DNA from: Octopus sinensis
Taxonomy: Eukaryota
DNA length: 27,388 nt
Reading direction: 5' to 3'
Assembly (NCBI RefSeq): GCF_006345805.1
Contig: NW_021829658.1
Span: 1-27,388, forward strand
Shown: positions 22,060 through 27,388 of the stretch, piece after piece
How positions within the stretch are numbered: the stretch's first letter is position 1
Layout: every line of letters starts with the position of its first letter
The notes under the pieces: model-generated
Seen by the model: the letters and a program-made list of their open reading frames with translations, nothing else
The model's database searches: none
What the model was told of the DNA's origin: nothing
Program-made: the position numbers and the translations under genes

Positions 22060-22348
22060 TATTCTTTGTGTCTGGGAAGGGTCATTTTCTTTTTGTTCTT
22101 TTTAATTTAAGCTATTCACCGGTAAAATTCCCATTTATTTCTTATTTGTATCTTTCTAAAATTTTCGTTGCATCTTGCAACCTTTTACTACTGACAACCT
22201 TTTCAATAGTCTTGACTTTTGAAATGGTTGCAAGACGCAACGAAAATTTTAGGAAAATAAAAATAAAAACAAGTGGAAATTTTACCGCTGAGTGGTTTAA
22301 ATTATAAGACACAAAAAGAAAATGACTCTCCCCAGACGCAATAGAATA
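22060..22348. mobile_element. MITE-like foldback element
   Basis: Arms 22060-22185 and 22222-22348 are reverse complements (about 80% by eye), with a ~35-bp spacer, TA-rich left flank and no coding capacity. Confidence 0.75.
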
Positions 22349-22411
22349 TGCTTCAACATACGAACTCGCATAAAGAATCTTGCAAACCAAATCCAAAACG
22401 ATATATATATA

Positions 22412-22464
<53 letters not shown>

Positions 22465-23004
22465 TATATATACTGATATATATATGTATATATACACATA
22501 TTCATATATACAATATATACATATATTTACACACATACATATATATATAGATATATATATATACATGCATAAATATACACATACATATAAATATGTAAGT
22601 ATATCAGAATGTATCTATGTATGCATATAGGTATGTATTTATTCATGTGTGGATGTTTCTAATATTCACTATTTCCGAACAAAATGGCCAGGATATTTCC
22701 ACTTCCGTTTGCTCCGAAGAAACGAAAGATCAAATAACTGAGTCACATTCTAAGGAAACGGTGAATAAAATTTACATATACTAGTTTTAACACTGAATTC
22801 TTCATTAACTGTGAATTTCTATGCTCGCATGAGCAGATTTATGCGTACACGCTCGCGCGCACAGACATGCATGTGTATGTATGTAGGTATGCATGTTTGT
22901 ATGCGTGAGAGAACAGTGAAGTATTTGCATAATCGCAAAAAGCTCAGCTGATGGGTTACCTTGAAATAATTGTAGGTTTATCTATATTGTATATCGATTA
23001 ATTC

Positions 23005-23440
23005 TGTCTGCTTGTTTCTGTCAATGGATCGTGGTATTTCTGGGGCATCGCCTGGATGTTCTTAGACGGTCAAATCATCACCAGTAGATCATTTTAAAGC
23101 CTGGTATTTATTCCATGGTTCACTTTACCAGGCGGGGATGGAAATAATCCAACACCGTTTTCAAGCGATATTAGATTACAAACACTAATGCAATCATACA
23201 CGCACACACGCATCCCCCGCCCCGCAAACATACGCTCTTAGATGCATTCATGCACAAACACTCACAACACGGACACGCACTCGCAGACACCGGATTTTTT
23301 TCAGCTTTCGTCTACCAAATCGGCTCACAAGTTTTTTTGATTTCAGAGGCTCCATAATAGAAGCAACATGTCCAAGATTCTGCGAAATGGAACTGAAACC
23401 AAGACAACACATTGTTTGAAGCATGCTGCTTGCAAACAGC
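23005..23440 (-). mobile_element. Old full-length SINE family A
   Basis: cttgtttctgtca...ggggcatcgcct...aagcctggtatttattc (3' body) and tttcgtctaccaaatcggctcacaag...gaactgaaacc (5' part). Confidence 0.7.
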
Positions 23441-23446
23441 AATATA

Positions 23447-24340
23447 CAGGGTGATTGAAAAGTAACGCCCGATTTTAAAATACATATAATTTATTTAACT
23501 ATAATAGCCGTCGGATTGGTTGTGTGTGGTAAGTAGTGAGTAGGCTGTATGTATATATACATACATATATATGTGTGTGTGTGTGTGTGTGTGTATCTTT
23601 GTGTGTCTGTGTTTGTCTCCCACCAACATTGCTTGACAACCGATGCTGGTGTTTACGTCCCCGTAACCTAGCGTTTCGGCAAAAGGGACCGATAGAATAA
23701 GTACTAAGCTTACAAAGAATAAGTCCTGGGGTCGATTTGCTCGACTAAAGGCGGTGCTCCAGCATGGCTACTGTCAACTGACTGAAACAAATAAAGAGTA
23801 AAAAGAGAAAGAGTATCATTTTTAGAAACATTAAATATGAGAAGAAAGTTTATTTCATGGAGTTTTATTTAAAATTCGATATAGGTACCAGCATTCGCCA
23901 TCAGCTTCTGAAGCTGTCCAGAAACTGCATCAAATGATTTCATAAGGAACGTCTGCCGGATGGAAGACATAGATTCTCGTATTCGCCTTTCAGGTTTTCC
24001 CAAAGTCGTTGGTTTGGTAGAGTAGACTTGCTCTTTTAACCAACCCCGAAGAAATAAGTCGCTGGATATTAAATCAGGGCTTCTGCCCGGGCAAACATCT
24101 CCCAGGGAAGTGGGCATTCAGTCATTCACGAGCAACAATAGCAAAATATGGAAGAGTGCAATGTTGTATAAAAATAAAATCTTCGATATTCTCTCAGTTA
24201 CTGGCCAGATTTTTTCTTGCAGCATGGTGAGGTACCTTTCACTATTCCCATATATTATGATTGAAATTTGGTTGTGAACCGAAAGCGGGGTGCTTCAAAC
24301 TCCTCAGAAGTGACGGCATGTTACTTTCATCAGCTGACTG
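23447..24340 (-). mobile_element. Internally deleted Tc1/mariner element (maT DD37D or rosa DD41D-like) interrupted by a SINE
   Basis: TA then TIR cagggtgattgaaaagtaacgcccgatttt at 23447-23476; decayed partner ggcatgttactttcatcagctg at 24315-24336. Minus translation NSERYLTMLQEKIWP / FIQHCTLPYFAIVARE*LNAHFPGR / PGRSPDLISSDLFLRGWLKEQVYSTKPTTL...QKLMANAGTYIEF. Confidence 0.88.
23515..23815 (+). mobile_element. SINE family A with central domain deleted, nested in the Tc1/mariner element
   Basis: Short head tgtgtggtaagtag joined almost directly to the microsatellite, then a well-preserved 3' body (ggggtcgatttgctcgactaaaggcggtgctccagcatgg). Confidence 0.9.
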
Positions 24341-26260
24341 ATACACACGTATATTGTATTAAGAAGATTCTGTACTTTTAGGATGTTATCCGGGTCCTTG
24401 AGTGATAATATATTTGTTGATGATGGGTGACAGTATAGCTGATGGCATGACTGACAGAGCTACCACGAACAGTAATGGTCTCAGTTCAGTTCCTTAGGGG
24501 ACTCCCCTAAAAGATGAATCGTTGCTGTAACCAAGATTTCCTGATATTTTGGTGAGTTAGCATTTCTTGCTCGCATTGATTTCAGAATAAATAATTGGAT
24601 TGCATAACGCGTTTCATGCATAATATTGCCTATGTGTAAACATTTTATTATACCCTGAAATTATTCTTATACGAAGAAGTCTAAGAAACGATCGCAATAC
24701 TTAGTGCAATTTTTTTTCCCACGAGAGTTCCGGATCCCAGTAATTAACTCACTTGCATACAACCAATCAAGTTAACAAACACACTCTACCATGTAAACTG
24801 AAGATGAAGAACGGTGTTGTAAGTTGACCGATCACCAAGTTATGCGTGATATTCGAAGGAAACAAGCAATTAGATAGAGTTATATCTATACCTATTATCG
24901 GATTTTGTTAGGGACCTATATGGTAAAAATATGGATGGGAAACATATGGGTAGAAGATGTGCTAGCAAACCTCTCAAAGTAAACAACAACATAAATAACT
25001 ACGCAGAGGCAGCCATGATTGAAACAAGAACAAGAGCAAGAGGCATTATTAAAAGAGAAAAGCATGGTCATTCCTTACACAAGTGACCTTTTCTTATCGC
25101 CCACCACATGTTATGCGTTCGTAAATTAGTTTGATAGCTGAGCTCTGATTAGCTGTATGCCAATGAGTTCATAACTGGGCTCCAGAAGTCCCGTGCCCCC
25201 CAAAATTTCGAATCCTTAGCGGGTCAAGTGGTTAAGTAAATAAATTCAACTCTCATAGCTCCTAAAATTTTATGGTTAATATAATCATCAAGAAACAATT
25301 TCATCATCCAGCTCTTCCTGATTGCAGCTGCACCGAACTCTGCATTACAATTCTCTATTCGATTACCATGAGGCTGGTAGCCGAGTCCATAGAAGAGATT
25401 TCTATGAGAGCCACATAATTCTGTAAATATTTATAGTACAAATAATAATAATATTGACGATGATGATGATGATAAGAACAATAATAATGTATATATATAT
25501 ATACATATATGTGCATAAATATACAGAAAGAAGCACGCACACCCATGTATATAGTAATATTTATGTGATCTTGTCGTTTTGTGTATTCAGGTATGTGTGT
25601 ATGTATGTATGTATGAATGTAAGTATGTAAGTATGTATGTATGTATGAATGCATGCATGTATGTTTATGTATGTATAGCATTCTTTCTCTCTCTTTCTAT
25701 ATATATATATATTTTCATTTATATACACATATATGTATATATATATATAGATAGACAGATATAGATATATACACACAACAGAAATATATTTGTGTATGTA
25801 TAATATATATATACACATACACATACATATATATATATAATCATATATATTATGTATGTATATATATATATATTATATATATAATATATATATATGCATG
25901 TAATTCATATCGGGAGAGGTCGATGAAATACAGAGGATAAATTTTATGATTGTCACAACACATCTGTGATAAGATATCAAAATGATACTTAAGCCTTATA
26001 TATTACTTACATACTGTGTAACCTAATCCCACAATGCATTGTATATCACTTTGTCATTTCAGATTAGATTATTGAATTACTATTGACAAATAGAGAACAA
26101 ATTTCTGAATGTTTGTCACAACAACAACCGTATGTGAGTTAGCAATTTCTTTCTAATCATATATATATATATATATTTATATATATTCATGTATGCGTGA
26201 GTGTATATATATTTGTTAAATGTTGTATATAAATATACGTTTGTATCTATTTATTTTCCG

Positions 26261-26535
26261 TGACCTGAGTGGCTGTGTGTTTAGAAGTTTCTTTCCCAAC
26301 GGCATGGTTCCAAGTTCAGTCCCACTCTGTGGCACCTTGGGCAAGTGTCTTCTACGATAGCCTTGGCCCCACCATAGCCTTGTGAGTTGATTTGGCAGGC
26401 GGAAACTGATAGAAATTTGTCGTGTGCGTGTGTGTGTGTGTGTGTTTATGCGTCTCTGTTTCGTCTCCATCATTGCTTGACAACCGATGTTGGTGAGTTT
26501 ACGTCCCCGTTACTTAGCGATTTGGAAAACATTAA
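26261..26535 (+). mobile_element. SINE family A, 3'-truncated
   Basis: gagtggctgtgtg (A box), agttcagtccc (B box), ggcaccttgggcaagtgtcttctacgatagcc (CORE-like), body ending at acttagcgatttgg. Confidence 0.9.
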
Positions 26536-26564
26536 AAGAATATATGTGTGTGAGTGAGTGTATG

Positions 26565-26880
26565 TACAGGATATCACCAACAGTAAACAACAGGAAATAC
26601 GAAAACAAATTAGTTAGATACGCAAATAACGAAAAAAATAAAGGATAAATAATACAAAGAATGACATTTCATCTGTCTATCTACTCCCCATTTCGAGCAA
26701 CCAACGACAATATGAGTCTTTGAAGACAGTTGCTCCATTTAAATACCGAAATAAAATTTTGGATTTACGGCGAATTCAAATTTGGGAGCAAAATAATTGT
26801 TATAATATATATATATATTTATATATTATTTTGGTATTTAAATGGAGCAACTGTCTTCAAAGACTCATATTGTCGTTGAT
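26565..26880. mobile_element. PLE-like fragment with a 53-bp inverted duplication
   Basis: 26702-26754 is the reverse complement of 26826-26878 with one mismatch. PLE identity is inferred from terminus architecture and recalled octopus repeats. Confidence 0.55.
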
Positions 26881-27388
26881 ATAAGTTCAGCAAAAATTTA
26901 GATTCAGATGAATATGGTACTTAAGTTAAAGGCATCTTCTATACTACACTACCTTTGGATATCCTTGTTGCTTATTTTGATTATATATTTGATATATATA
27001 CCATTAAAATGAAAATTTACAATTAATATATATAAAGAAGTTGTGAGAAAGAGAGAGATAAGAAGGAAGTAAGAGTTCTGTGACACGTTAAAAGTATGTA
27101 TGACTATATTATTACATAGATATTTATGTATGCATTGAAATGCATATGCATATCTACCTATATACATATATGTACACACACATATATATATATTATATAT
27201 ATATATAAAGCCACGCAGTAGTACGCCCACATCATACAATTTGCTGATGTATAGCGGACTAGATCGATGATAATATTGCAATTGAGTTTTATATATAGAT
27301 ATATCACCTTACAGAAATTGTGTGTAAATTGGAAAGTAGGAGACACGCATGCGTTCGTGATAGAGTTGTGTATATGTGCGTGCGCATG

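Noticed and set aside
22678-22712. YY1-like aaaatggcc and ETS-like cacttccg as a promoter
   Set aside because: Short motifs with no CpG island, first exon or other evidence.
24381-24556. Plus-strand exon ending at gtgagt (24551)
   Set aside because: All frames from the candidate acceptors contain stops.

Overview
Eukaryotic, very AT-rich, microsatellite-dense non-coding DNA (intronic or intergenic). It is most likely from an octopus or other coleoid cephalopod; this is inferred from SINE families I recognise from memory and cannot verify here. No intact protein-coding gene is supported, and most entries in the ORF track are translated microsatellites. The window is a graveyard of mobile elements: many tRNA-derived SINEs of at least three families (one as a ~185-bp tandem array); three stacked 3' fragments of R4/Dong-like RLE LINEs (6215-7922); two decayed Tc1/mariner elements (one built from two inverted 5' ends); a MITE-like foldback; and several Penelope-like (PLE) termini next to (TA)n tracts. 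The best find is an apparently complete type I hammerhead ribozyme fold on the minus strand at 11560-11633, with four further degenerate hammerhead cores. A ~300-bp near-perfect palindrome (18114-18412) and a 53-bp inverted repeat (26702-26878) also stand out. All alignments and folds were done by eye; element boundaries are approximate.
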